Source: Candidatus Nanopusillus acidilobi (GTDB lineage Archaea > Nanobdellota > Nanobdellia > Nanobdellales > Nanobdellaceae). Taken from it: DNA of 32,000 nucleotides. The notes below the pieces were generated by a model, which searched no databases, was not told where the DNA came from, and saw only the letters and a list, made by a program, of their open reading frames with translations. Shown here piece after piece: positions 1 to 9,435 of this stretch. The number at the start of each line of letters is the position of its first letter. Positions within the stretch are counted from its first letter, which is position 1. Where the stretch lies: NCBI GenBank assembly GCA_001552015.1, contig CP010514.1, positions 510,001-542,000 on the forward strand, given 5' to 3'. The translations under genes were made by a program, and so were the position numbers.

Positions 1-271
1 ATACATTCCCAAAATTATATTCATCTTTAAAATCATTAAAATTTCTTATAGCAATATATTGTTCTGATAATGTATTTTTATCTTTTTCTCCTGCAAAATA
101 TATTTTTCTTTTTGAAATATGTAATTTCCTTGCAATTATTTTAATTGCATTTATTGTATTTATATTTCTTTTTCTCATTAAAAAATATCTAAATGTTTCC
201 CCCTCTTTCTTTTTATCTAAATCAATTATTTCTTTAACAATAAAATCCTCTGGTTTTTCTTTTATTTTCAT
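1..271 (-). CDS. truD: tRNA pseudouridine synthase D (TruD), N-terminal part; runs off the left edge
   Basis: Reverse-strand translation from ATG at 271-269: MKIKEKPEDFIVKEIIDLDKKKEGETFRYFLMRKRNINTINAIKIIARKLHISKRKIYFAGEKDKNTLSEQYIAIRNFN. TruD-like 'KEKPEDFIVKE' and 'FAGEKDKNTLSEQ' motifs. Confidence 0.85.
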   Translation of the reverse strand, partial: MKIKEKPEDFIVKEIIDLDKKKEGETFRYFLMRKRNINTINAIKIIARKLHISKRKIYFAGEKDKNTLSEQYIAIRNFNDFKDEYNFGNV

Positions 272-1423
272 TTATATTCTAAACTCCCATTCCCACATTT
301 CCTTTGCTAACTTTCCATCATACATAAACTTATCAATATTAATATTCTTTCTTCTTTCTTGTATTTTACTTAGAAATTCCCATATCTTATTAACAGTATA
401 TTCTTTCAATTCTCCTGTTGTTAATTCACCCATAATATATTTCTCCCTTATTTCCTTTAATTTATTATCATCTTCTTCAAATAATACAGATAACCAAAAA
501 TATGAAACATCAATATCAGGATTTCCTCCATATTTTCTATGTTCTTCTAATGTACTTCTTCCACCAGAAAATGCATATTTAAATATTTTATATTTTATTG
601 TATCATAATCATCATCAACAAATATAGCAGATTTTGGATCTGAGGCACTCATTTTTGTATATGGACCTTGTAATCCCCATACAAATTTTGATAAAATTGT
701 AGAAGCTTTATAATATCCAAATTTTTCCGCAATATCTCTTTGTAATCTAAAATATGGATCTTGATCAATTCCACATGGAATCAACGGAATATTTCTTTCA
801 AAGAATGTTGGAACAATTTGCAATGCAATATAAAATGGTAAACCAATTGTTGAACTATCATCAAATCCAAAAACAGATTTTGCAGTATTTAAATTTATTT
901 CTCTTGCAATATAAATTGCAGCTTTATACATGTTTTTTATATATTCTGAATCTATAAATATGAATGTTTTATCAGGATCAAATCCTAAAGCTGCTATTGT
1001 TTTTGCATCTTCTAATGCATATTCTCTTATTTCTTCATAATTATTCGCTTTCTTTTCCCAATATTTTTCTTCATCAGGTATTTGTATATATACATTTACA
1101 TTAAATTTTTCTTGAAACCATTTAGTTAATAAAAATGGAATTAAATGACCAATATGCATCTTACTTTTAGAAGGTGCCCTTCCAGTATATAGAAAAAACC
1201 TTTTTCCCTCAATATATTTATTTAATAATAAATCAAAATCTCTATGCGCATAGAAAAATTTTCTTCTTAATAAAACATGTAAATCACCAGTTAGATATTT
1301 TAAATTATTTAATATAACATCATCAATTTCTTTAACACCAAAGAATTTTATTAATCTTTCATAATCTTTTTCTTCCTTTATATTTACATCATATATATTT
1401 ATAATATCTTTATATTCATTCAT
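272..1423 (-). CDS. trpS: Tryptophanyl-tRNA synthetase, archaeal type
   Basis: 383 aa; class I aaRS signatures MHIGH and KMSAS ('GPYTKMSASDPKSAIFV'); 'GRAPSKSKMHIGHLIPFLLTKWFQ' and 'PCGIDQDPYFRLQRDIA' are typical of archaeal/eukaryotic TrpRS. Confidence 0.95.
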   Translation of the reverse strand: MNEYKDIINIYDVNIKEEKDYERLIKFFGVKEIDDVILNNLKYLTGDLHVLLRRKFFYAHRDFDLLLNKYIEGKRFFLYTGRAPSKSKMHIGHLIPFLLTKWFQEKFNVNVYIQIPDEEKYWEKKANNYEEIREYALEDAKTIAALGFDPDKTFIFIDSEYIKNMYKAAIYIAREINLNTAKSVFGFDDSSTIGLPFYIALQIVPTFFERNIPLIPCGIDQDPYFRLQRDIAEKFGYYKASTILSKFVWGLQGPYTKMSASDPKSAIFVDDDYDTIKYKIFKYAFSGGRSTLEEHRKYGGNPDIDVSYFWLSVLFEEDDNKLKEIREKYIMGELTTGELKEYTVNKIWEFLSKIQERRKNINIDKFMYDGKLAKEMWEWEFRI

Positions 1424-1455
1424 TTATCAAATATCAAAATTAATTATATAAATAT

Positions 1456-1539
1456 GCCGCGGTGCCCGAGCGGACCAAGGGGTATGGCTCGAGACCATAT
1501 CCCCGAAAGGGGGCGTGGGTTCAAATCCCACCCGCGGCG
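1456..1539 (+). tRNA. tRNA-Ser(CGA)
   Basis: Class II cloverleaf: acceptor GCCGCGG/CCGCGGC, anticodon arm TATGG-CTCGAGA-CCATA (anticodon CGA), long variable arm TCCCCGAAAGGGGGC, T arm GTGGG-TTCAAAT-CCCAC, discriminator G. No encoded CCA and no intron. Confidence 0.95.
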
Positions 1540-1569
1540 CTTATAAAAATTTAAATTGAAAAATATAAA

Positions 1570-2169
1570 ATGGATGAAAATTTATCAGAATTCTTAAATA
1601 ACCTAAATATTTATTCAAAAATTGCATATATATCTAGTATTTTTGGTTTTTCATCATATTTATTATTTATAATTCTCTCTATTTTTTCCACATATAATAG
1701 TACTATGAGTCCATTTACATTAATATTTAGTCCATTTCTATCCTTATCAATATTATATATTTCTCTTAATTTAATTTCTCTAGGAACAATTTTAATTATA
1801 TTAATTATTATTTCAATTATTTCATACTTTATATCTATAGAATACTTAAAGAATATATTTAGGACAATTGAAAAAATAATAAATAAAGAATATTATCCAA
1901 ATAATTTGTTTTCAATAATATATATTGGAATACTTATATCTATTTTTATTACATATCCTGGATTAATAATTATTGGAATATCAAATTATTTAATATTAAA
2001 GAAATTATATAATATTGTTATTTATTTAAGAAACCAAAATATAAATAAATATTTTAAAATATCTATAATAGGATCAATATTTCCATTATTATTAATATTA
2101 TCATTTATTGGGTTTTATTATATTAATAAAGAATTAAGTAAATATAATTTATATAGTAATTCTTTTTAA
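1570..2169 (+). CDS. Hypothetical multi-pass membrane protein
   Basis: 199 aa with several long hydrophobic segments; begins 31 nt after the tRNA-Ser gene. Confidence 0.75.
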   Translation: MDENLSEFLNNLNIYSKIAYISSIFGFSSYLLFIILSIFSTYNSTMSPFTLIFSPFLSLSILYISLNLISLGTILIILIIISIISYFISIEYLKNIFRTIEKIINKEYYPNNLFSIIYIGILISIFITYPGLIIIGISNYLILKKLYNIVIYLRNQNINKYFKISIIGSIFPLLLILSFIGFYYINKELSKYNLYSNSF

Positions 2170-2688
2170 TTCTTCTTCTATATCTTTTAATTTTTCTCCT
2201 AAATTATATATAGAATCTCTTCCCTTTACAGTTATTAAATTTCTATCTACTACATAATCTGCATTTGTTACTAATTTTACCCCATAATCTGAAAAATATT
2301 TTAAATATTGTGGATATTCATCATAATTATATGTTATTGTTCTTCCAGCCAATAAACCAGACTTTAAAAAAGCTATTTGGGATAAAGAGGATAATATAAC
2401 TGTCCTATATGAATCTATAAACCTTGTAAATATCGCTTGAGATTCTACATCCAAAAATTCTTTATATCCCTCATCAGAAATATATATTAACCTATCAAAA
2501 TGATTTTCTTTCATTAAAAATATTTCATGTACATCAAAATCTGGTAATACTTTACTTTTATATTTTCCTATTCCAATTTTTCTATTTTTTATAGCAATAT
2601 ATGTTCTGCCATCCAATATATCTAAGAAGTTAAAAAGGTCATCTTCATCAAATCCCTTACTTGGTAATATTATTAAATTCATTTTCAT
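2149..2688 (-). CDS. DJ-1/PfpI-like (class I glutamine amidotransferase-like fold) protein
   Basis: 179 aa; 'MKMNLIILPSKGFDEDDLFNFLDILDG...', 'AIFTRFIDSYRTVILSSLSQIAFLKSGLLAGRTITYN', 'YLKYFSDYGVKLVTNADYVVDRNLITVKG' match the DJ-1/PfpI pattern, although the nucleophilic elbow Cys is not evident. 3' end overlaps the preceding convergent gene by 21 nt. Confidence 0.6.
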   Translation of the reverse strand: MKMNLIILPSKGFDEDDLFNFLDILDGRTYIAIKNRKIGIGKYKSKVLPDFDVHEIFLMKENHFDRLIYISDEGYKEFLDVESQAIFTRFIDSYRTVILSSLSQIAFLKSGLLAGRTITYNYDEYPQYLKYFSDYGVKLVTNADYVVDRNLITVKGRDSIYNLGEKLKDIEEELKRITI

Positions 2689-2750
2689 TAAATATAAGTA
2701 TCTTCTAACATATTAAAATTTTTATTTTTCAAAATATTTTAAATGGATAT

Positions 2751-4439
2751 ATGCAAAACATAAGAATTGATGATTTAAGAAATGAAAATATTGAAGATAA
2801 TAAACATAAATTATTAGAAATAAAACTTATATTAGATAATCCAAATATAAAGATAGAACAAATATATTTTTGGCTAGTAGATTTTATTAGAGATAGTTTA
2901 AAAATGAATATTAATAAATTATCAGATGATTTCACATCATCTGTTGCATCTTCATTTTTTGGAGAAATGGGACAAAGATTAACAAATATACTAAATAATG
3001 CAAGATCATTGGCAGAATTAATTAATACATTGACAAGAACAATTATTTCTATTTTAAATGAATATAAACAACTATATTCAATATATGTTTTATATGAAAA
3101 TTTATTATCAAAAAAGTCTGAAGAAGCACTTGCAAGTTATTTAGCATTAAAAGATAGATGGTTATCAAATGTTGATTCTACAAGAGGTGCAGGTTCTTTA
3201 AGAAATTTACAGGCATCAAGATTCCCAAGTATTGTAGATTTATTTCTTCTAGCAGATCTAAAATCTGAACTAGAAAAATTTAAGAATAAAAAATTAATAG
3301 GAGAAGAATTATTTAATTCATTATTTAATAATCAAGAAAATACTGTTCCAAGAGATTTAAATGAATTACTTAATAATGGAATAATAAATAGAAGAATATA
3401 TAATTTATTAAATAGTAGGTTAATAGAATTTTATAGCTGGCTTGAAAATAATAAAAAAGTTTTATATGATAGAATTAATTTATTAAAATCTTATTTAAAA
3501 CATGAATTAAGTTCATTATTATATTATGTTGAATTTGCAAAACCGTATTTTAAATTTGCAAGAAAATTATTACAAAATCCGGATCAACCTGTAGATGTTG
3601 TAAATGCATTTGAAACAGCAATTATAAATATATCATTAATAGCAAATCAAAATGAAATAAAATTAAAAAGATATGATGAAAAAGAGGGAAAAGAAATAGA
3701 AAAATCTTACATACCATTATATGAAATTGATATGACAGCAAGGGCAATACCTACTATTGTTGGAACTGGAAGATTTGATACCTATACAAGAATGTATTCA
3801 TTCCTAGGAAGGATAGATATAATACTCAGAGCTTATTTAGTTGAAAAAGAAGAATATGATTCAATAATAATAAATCAAGAAAGTGAGGATTTAGCATATA
3901 TAACTGGATTAACAGATGATTATATAAAAAGTATGTCTGATTTAATTTTGGAGATGTTTCTATATGATATAATAAAAAATGATGAGAATTTATTAAAAAT
4001 AGTTGCTGAAAAATCCAATGCAAAACCTGAAGAAATAAAAAATGATCCTTATAAAATAATATGGACAAAAGAACTTGTAGAAGAATTGGAAAAGGATGAG
4101 AGAATAAAGAGAGCATTATCAAGTATTACTTGGATAAAAAAATATTTAGAAAGTGAAAAAAAGGAAGAAAAAGAAGAAAAAAAGGAAGAAAATAAAGAGG
4201 AAAAGAAAGAATCAGGTATTTCATTAATATTTCCAACCTTAGGAAATATTGTAATATGGTTACTTAAATTTATATCAACTTTTGGTAAAGATATTAGCAA
4301 TATTGAAAAAAATGTAAAAAAGAAAGTTATTGAAGAAGAAACAAAACCAATAATCGAAGATACAAAAGAAAAAACAATAGATACTGCATGGAAAATATAT
4401 ATGATATTTAAAAAGACCTTCAATATGTTAAACTATTAA
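2751..4439 (+). CDS. Hypothetical 562-aa mainly helical protein with a charged K/E stretch and a C-terminal hydrophobic segment
   Basis: Long uninterrupted ORF; 'KKEEKEEKKEENKEEKKE' followed by 'SGISLIFPTLGNIVIWLLKFISTFG'. No family recognised. Confidence 0.8.
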   Translation: MQNIRIDDLRNENIEDNKHKLLEIKLILDNPNIKIEQIYFWLVDFIRDSLKMNINKLSDDFTSSVASSFFGEMGQRLTNILNNARSLAELINTLTRTIISILNEYKQLYSIYVLYENLLSKKSEEALASYLALKDRWLSNVDSTRGAGSLRNLQASRFPSIVDLFLLADLKSELEKFKNKKLIGEELFNSLFNNQENTVPRDLNELLNNGIINRRIYNLLNSRLIEFYSWLENNKKVLYDRINLLKSYLKHELSSLLYYVEFAKPYFKFARKLLQNPDQPVDVVNAFETAIINISLIANQNEIKLKRYDEKEGKEIEKSYIPLYEIDMTARAIPTIVGTGRFDTYTRMYSFLGRIDIILRAYLVEKEEYDSIIINQESEDLAYITGLTDDYIKSMSDLILEMFLYDIIKNDENLLKIVAEKSNAKPEEIKNDPYKIIWTKELVEELEKDERIKRALSSITWIKKYLESEKKEEKEEKKEENKEEKKESGISLIFPTLGNIVIWLLKFISTFGKDISNIEKNVKKKVIEEETKPIIEDTKEKTIDTAWKIYMIFKKTFNMLNY

Positions 4440-4463
4440 ATTCGGAGAGACCATTATATATAA

Positions 4464-6536
4464 ATGAATGAAGAAGATAAAAAACATCTTAATGAAAATG
4501 AAGAAAAAAAATATCCAAAGGAATTATATAATAGAAGGATATCTACTAGTACAAGTCCTCAAAACGTAAATCAATTACAAGAATATTTATCGAAGATATC
4601 TTCAGGATATCCTGGAGTAGAAATACAAACATTTTCTTTTTCCAGGCAATGGTCAAATATACCAAGACAAATATTTGAAGAAATTGCAAGAAATGCAAAA
4701 ATAAATAATGTAGAAGTTACAATTCATGCTCCTGAACAGGATTTCCAATTACCCGCAACGGATGAAAGAGGAAATATAAGAGAGGATAATATAAAACAGA
4801 TGGCTTATAAAACATCAGCAATATTGGAAAGCGCAGAAATAATGTCAAAAATTTATGGAGAACCAATTAAAGTAAATATGCATGCTGGAGATCTTACATT
4901 AACAGAATGGGATAAAGATTTTGAAAAGAGATTAAAAGATGAATTATTAAATAATTATGAATTTAGAAGATCTTTTGCAGAAAAATTATATAGATTAGGA
5001 TATATAACATCAGAACAATATAATATATTAACTAGTAAAAATATTGATATAGAAACATTAGAAAAAAATGTACCATCATGGGCTTTTGCAAAACAAGAAG
5101 CTGCATATATTAGTTTAGGTGGAAACTATGAATATTTAGGATTTGTTATGCCTGGAAGATATTTAACTGGTGCCGTAGAAAGGGCAATAAAACTTTCTGC
5201 TGTTGATGAAATTTATAAAGAAAATGAAAAAATCTGGATGAATATATTTAATGATATTGATAAAGATTTTAATTCAATAAAGAAATATTTATTAGATAAT
5301 AATCAATTAATAAGTTATTTTGGATATAGTACTGTAGATCAGAAAAAAATAGGAGAATTTTTATATAATCTAAATAGATATAAATCTTTTTTAGAAAAAG
5401 TAAAAGAATATATTGATGCAATAGAGAATAATATAAATGATATTGCAGATCCAAAGTTAAGAGATGCTGCAGAAAAAAAGATATTCTTCTATAAGCAACG
5501 TTTTGAAGAAAATTTGAAGAAAATAGAAAATTATGAAAATGAAATATCAAAATTTGCTAAGGAAATTATACAAAATAATAGTAGTTCAGCATATAAAGAT
5601 TATCTTATAAATAAAATGTTTGATTTTGTAAATGATATAAATTCATCTATAACAAACACAGATTACTTATTATCTCAACTAAAAACTACAGTATTTTCAG
5701 AATTTCCAATTCCAATTGTAAAACCATATCAAGAAGTTGCAATAAAAACAGCTCCAGAAGTAATAGCCGAGGGAGTTAGAATGCTAATTGAAAGGGAAAT
5801 AAGTAGAAATCCAAAAGAATGGTATAAAGATTTTGATAAGTATTTAAGTTATATAAATATTGAAGAATCGTATCCTGGAGCACCTGCTACAAGACCAGAT
5901 ATATGGAAAAAATTATTAAATAATATAAGAGAAGAAGTAAAAAAGGTAATAGAAGGTTATCCAAAATTGAAAGAAGAAATTGAGAAAAAATATGGTAGTT
6001 TAGATAATTTTGTCAAAGAAAGAATAGGAGCTACATTGGATGTAGGACATGTAAAAATGTTTGAAAAATATGGATATAAAAAGGATGATATATTAAAATG
6101 GGTTGAAGAAATTAAACCAGAAATTAGGCATTTGCATGTTCATGAAACACAAGCTGGAGAAGACACTCATTTACCATTGGGAATGGGATGGGATGATATA
6201 ATTGCATCAGAATTAGAGAAACTTAGAGATATATTAGAAAATAAAAAAGTAACAATTGTACATGAACCTGGTGGATATTATGCTAATCAATTTCATAAAA
6301 TGTATGGAAGTGAATATTCTAATTTATTAGCAGGTGCTGGGCCTTATGATATATATGGAAATATTCCATATCAATTTACTACATCATTACCATATGGAGG
6401 AACACAAGTTATTCCAGAATATATTCAATATACAAGATATTCTCCATATTCTGTTTCAATATTCTCACAGTTACCAACGGATCTTGGAGGAACTAGTAAA
6501 AGGCAAGAAACTTTTTCTGGAGAAAAAGCTGATTAA
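4464..6536 (+). CDS. Endonuclease-IV/xylose-isomerase-like TIM-barrel protein with a large internal insertion
   Basis: 690 aa; candidate metal-ligand motifs 'IHAPEQ', 'NMHAGD', 'TLDVGHVKMF', 'HLHVHETQ', 'EDTHLPLGMGWDD', 'IVHEPGG'. Confidence 0.75.
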   Translation: MNEEDKKHLNENEEKKYPKELYNRRISTSTSPQNVNQLQEYLSKISSGYPGVEIQTFSFSRQWSNIPRQIFEEIARNAKINNVEVTIHAPEQDFQLPATDERGNIREDNIKQMAYKTSAILESAEIMSKIYGEPIKVNMHAGDLTLTEWDKDFEKRLKDELLNNYEFRRSFAEKLYRLGYITSEQYNILTSKNIDIETLEKNVPSWAFAKQEAAYISLGGNYEYLGFVMPGRYLTGAVERAIKLSAVDEIYKENEKIWMNIFNDIDKDFNSIKKYLLDNNQLISYFGYSTVDQKKIGEFLYNLNRYKSFLEKVKEYIDAIENNINDIADPKLRDAAEKKIFFYKQRFEENLKKIENYENEISKFAKEIIQNNSSSAYKDYLINKMFDFVNDINSSITNTDYLLSQLKTTVFSEFPIPIVKPYQEVAIKTAPEVIAEGVRMLIEREISRNPKEWYKDFDKYLSYINIEESYPGAPATRPDIWKKLLNNIREEVKKVIEGYPKLKEEIEKKYGSLDNFVKERIGATLDVGHVKMFEKYGYKKDDILKWVEEIKPEIRHLHVHETQAGEDTHLPLGMGWDDIIASELEKLRDILENKKVTIVHEPGGYYANQFHKMYGSEYSNLLAGAGPYDIYGNIPYQFTTSLPYGGTQVIPEYIQYTRYSPYSVSIFSQLPTDLGGTSKRQETFSGEKAD

Positions 6537-6568
6537 TAATTTAAAAATATTTTTAATTAGTTTTATTT

Positions 6569-7924
6569 ATGAGTATAATAGATAAAATAATCTCATATTT
6601 ACCAACTGTTGAGGAACCAAAAAAATTATTATCTTTAAGAGAAAGAGTATATAATACATTATTAGTAATTGCATTATATACTGTTTTAGCATCAATACCT
6701 TTATTTGGAATATCTCCAGAAGTTTCTGCAAGACTTGAACAATTTTTATGGTTATTTGGATCAAATTTAGGAACTTTAGCAAGTGTAGGAATTGCTCCAG
6801 TAGTTGTTGCTGGAATTTTTATGCAATTATTAGTTGGCCTTGGAATAATAAATATTAATATAAATAATGATGAAGGAAAAACAAAATTTGATAATTATAC
6901 AAGATTCATTGCATTAATATTTATTATATTAGAAAGTATAATTTTAATTGCAAGTGGAAATATAGCACCAAATATATTTTTGGGAATAAATCCAATAATT
7001 TTATACATTATTTTATTTTTACAATTATTTATTGGAGGATTTATTATATTATTATTAGATGATTTCTCATTTAAATATGGAATTACATCTGGAATAAATA
7101 TTATTATTTTAACTGTAATAAGTATTGCATTAGCTTTAAGATTATTTAACCCCCTTTCTCCTCCATCTAGCTCACCAAGTTTATTTGCACAACCAACAGG
7201 ATATATACCAGAAGGTATTTTATATTTATCACAAGGAAATATTAATTTAGGTCTTGCATTTTTATTTGCTGCAATAATTACTATTGGAATATTAATATTC
7301 GCAGTATACTTACAATCACTAAAAATAGAAGTCCCATTATTATATTTAAATATTAATGGAGAAATAATCAAATATCCAATACAATTATTATATACTTCTG
7401 TAATTCCTGCAATATTTATTTATGCATTAATAATTGAATTACAATCTTTATTTGGATTCAATCCTAATAATCCAATTGTACAATTATTATCTCCACCAAA
7501 TATAATAATAAACATTGGACAGTTTGGAATTAGTTATTTATACCTTCCATTCAATATATTTCATATAATATTTTATTTCTTATTATTTACAATTGGCGGA
7601 ATGTTTATATCTAAATTCTGGATATATGCTACTGGTTTAGATCCAAAAAATTTGGCAAATTATTTAACAAGCAATCCAAATTCTCCAGTATATACAAGAG
7701 ATCCAAGAATTGTAGAGGATATGTTAAAGAAATATATAGACCCTATAGGATATTTATCTGGATTTTTAATGGGATTACTAGCATCCTTGGGTGATATACT
7801 AAGTTCTGCAGTATCTGGAGTAAGCATATTATTATTAATAGTAATAGCTGGACAAATATATAATGACTTGAAGAGGGCAGATGCGTTATATTTAATACCA
7901 TTAATTGGAAAATATCTAAAATGA
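6569..7924 (+). CDS. secY: Preprotein translocase subunit SecY
   Basis: 451 aa multi-pass protein; 'LASIPLFGISPEVSARLEQFLWLFGSNLGTLASVGIAPVVVAGIFMQLLVG', 'DPKNLANYLTSN', 'GYLSGFLMGLLASLGDILSSAVSGVSILLLIVIAGQIYNDLKR'; followed by genes normally neighbouring archaeal secY. Confidence 0.95.
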   Translation: MSIIDKIISYLPTVEEPKKLLSLRERVYNTLLVIALYTVLASIPLFGISPEVSARLEQFLWLFGSNLGTLASVGIAPVVVAGIFMQLLVGLGIINININNDEGKTKFDNYTRFIALIFIILESIILIASGNIAPNIFLGINPIILYIILFLQLFIGGFIILLLDDFSFKYGITSGINIIILTVISIALALRLFNPLSPPSSSPSLFAQPTGYIPEGILYLSQGNINLGLAFLFAAIITIGILIFAVYLQSLKIEVPLLYLNINGEIIKYPIQLLYTSVIPAIFIYALIIELQSLFGFNPNNPIVQLLSPPNIIINIGQFGISYLYLPFNIFHIIFYFLLFTIGGMFISKFWIYATGLDPKNLANYLTSNPNSPVYTRDPRIVEDMLKKYIDPIGYLSGFLMGLLASLGDILSSAVSGVSILLLIVIAGQIYNDLKRADALYLIPLIGKYLK

Positions 7925-8544
7925 TAGATTTATTGTTCTTCTATGTATTATTTTTGGTTATATTAGTAACTATAGTAATAAAAATAATTGAAAGACTAAC
8001 TGGAATAAAAGAACATCAGAAAAAATTACAAGAAATACAGAAAAAATACATTGAAAGTTTTAAATCTGGAAAAATAGAGGAATTAAATAATATTATGGAA
8101 GAACTTACAAAAGTATATTCAAAAGTAATGAAACATACAATGATTGTTACTATAATTGGGATAATTATATTAATTTTTGTTATTTTCGGCTTTCAATCAG
8201 GGTTCTATGTTACAAATATAAATAATACAACAAGTGTACTAATAACAAATCCAATATTATATAACCAAGATTTTGCTATATATTATAATAAGAGTTTTCT
8301 AGGATTTTATCATGCAAATTACAATATAATAAGTTTAAATGGAACATACGAAGCAAAATTATTATCTATAAATTCTATAACAAACACATTACCATTTAAT
8401 TTGCCAATAATAAATATAAATTGGTTAAATCCTTTAATTCTATATATAATATTATATATTTTGGTACAGATTTTCTTATTAATATTTAATATCATTTACT
8501 CAAGATTTATAAAAAAATCTAAAATAGATAATAAAAATGGCTAA
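7921..8544 (+). CDS. EMC3/TMCO1 family (DUF106, YidC/Oxa1-like) membrane protein
   Basis: 207 aa; N-terminal TM, coiled segment 'EHQKKLQEIQKKYIESFKSGKIEELNNIMEEL', then two more TMs; located immediately after secY as in many archaea; 4-nt overlap with secY. Confidence 0.85.
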   Translation: MIDLLFFYVLFLVILVTIVIKIIERLTGIKEHQKKLQEIQKKYIESFKSGKIEELNNIMEELTKVYSKVMKHTMIVTIIGIIILIFVIFGFQSGFYVTNINNTTSVLITNPILYNQDFAIYYNKSFLGFYHANYNIISLNGTYEAKLLSINSITNTLPFNLPIININWLNPLILYIILYILVQIFLLIFNIIYSRFIKKSKIDNKNG

Positions 8545-8806
8545 GACATATTTAATTAGAAAAACACCCTCTGGTAGAATATCCATAATTGTAAAATTAA
8601 GAAAAGGAAATGTACCAAGATGCGCAATATGCGGAAGAAAATTGCAAGGATTACCTGCATTGCATCCTTCAAAATATAGAAGATTAAATTTATCACAAAA
8701 AAGGGTTAGCAGAAAGTATGGAGGATATTTATGCCATAAATGCTTAGAAAATTTATTAAAGGAAAAGGTAAGGGAAAAAATAAAAATATTAAATTCTAAT
8801 CAATAA
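8537..8806 (+). CDS. rpl34e: 50S ribosomal protein L34e (eL34)
   Basis: 89 aa; 'RKTPSGR', 'PRCAICGRKLQGLPALHPSKYRRLNLSQKRVSRKYGGYLCHKCL' is characteristic of L34e. Confidence 0.93.
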   Translation: MAKTYLIRKTPSGRISIIVKLRKGNVPRCAICGRKLQGLPALHPSKYRRLNLSQKRVSRKYGGYLCHKCLENLLKEKVREKIKILNSNQ

Positions 8807-8808
8807 AA

Positions 8809-9174
8809 ATGCTACTAGACATTGGTAGAGTATGTATAAAATTAAAGGGAAGAGAAGCTGGAAGATACTGCGTAGTAATCGATGTAATTGATAATAATTT
8901 TGTATTGGTAGATGGAGATATAAAAAGAAGAAGAATAAACATAAAACATTTAGAACCTACAGATAAGGTATTAAATATAAATAAAGGAATAAAAACTGAA
9001 GATTTAATAAAGGAAATGCTAAAAAATAAAATACCAGTATCATATTGGAAATTAAAAAGAGAAAATTTATTGACAAGTGAAATAATAGAATTATATAAAC
9101 AAAACTTTGGAGAAAAATGGGAAGAAATTGCAAAATCTGTTGGATCTCCAAGCAAAGGAAAATTGATAATATAA
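8809..9174 (+). CDS. rpl14e: 50S ribosomal protein L14e (eL14)
   Basis: 'DIGRVCIKLKGREAGRYCVVIDVIDNNFVLVDGDIKRRRINIKHLEPTDKVL' is a KOW-type L14e; syntenic with L34e. Confidence 0.92.
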   Translation: MLLDIGRVCIKLKGREAGRYCVVIDVIDNNFVLVDGDIKRRRINIKHLEPTDKVLNINKGIKTEDLIKEMLKNKIPVSYWKLKRENLLTSEIIELYKQNFGEKWEEIAKSVGSPSKGKLII

Positions 9175-9245
9175 ATTTTTTATAATCTATATAAATCATA
9201 TTTGATAAGCATTAGCTTATATTTTCCAAATTTTATATACCATGC

Positions 9246-9413
9246 ATGGAAGGTAAATTATTAGCAAGTATATTTATAATAGTTGGTACATTAATAGAAC
9301 TATACTTATTATGGAATCCATCATTTTTTAGCAATGAATATATAAAATTCGCGGCTGGAAGTTTTGTTGTTTTAGATGTACTTGCACTTCTTCAGATTTT
9401 ATTAACTATATAA
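9246..9413 (+). CDS. Small hydrophobic (two-TM) protein, not in the supplied ORF track
   Basis: 55 codons: MEGKLLASIFIIVGTLIELYLLWNPSFFSNEYIKFAAGSFVVLDVLALLQILLTI*; fills the gap between L14e and tRNA-Ala. Confidence 0.55.
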   Translation: MEGKLLASIFIIVGTLIELYLLWNPSFFSNEYIKFAAGSFVVLDVLALLQILLTI

Positions 9414-9414
9414 T
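9405..9414 (+). promoter_or_regulatory. Candidate TATA box of tRNA-Ala
   Basis: 'actatataat' centred about 26 nt upstream of mature tRNA position 1 (9436). Confidence 0.5.
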
Positions 9415-9435
9415 TTTTTGAATAATTATATTTTA

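Noticed and set aside
754-957. Short ORFs antisense to or embedded in larger genes (754-957, 2729-2935, 3826-4122, 4049-4423, 5269-5550, 6895-7371, 8796-9155, 8957-9199, 10644-10961, 12511-12774, 14502-14699, 16274-16603, 26738-27064, 28058-28276, 30094-30309)
   Set aside because: All overlap well-supported longer genes, have low-complexity translations biased by AT-rich antisense codons, and show no recognisable motif.
1444-1453. 'ttatataaat' as the TATA box of tRNA-Ser
   Set aside because: It ends only 2 nt before the mature tRNA start, so transcription would start inside the tRNA. An upstream element is more plausible.
6334-6782. Overlapping ORFs 6334-6585 and 6567-6782 as possible extra genes between the TIM-barrel protein and SecY
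   Set aside because: They are out-of-frame readings of the TIM-barrel 3' end and the SecY 5' end.
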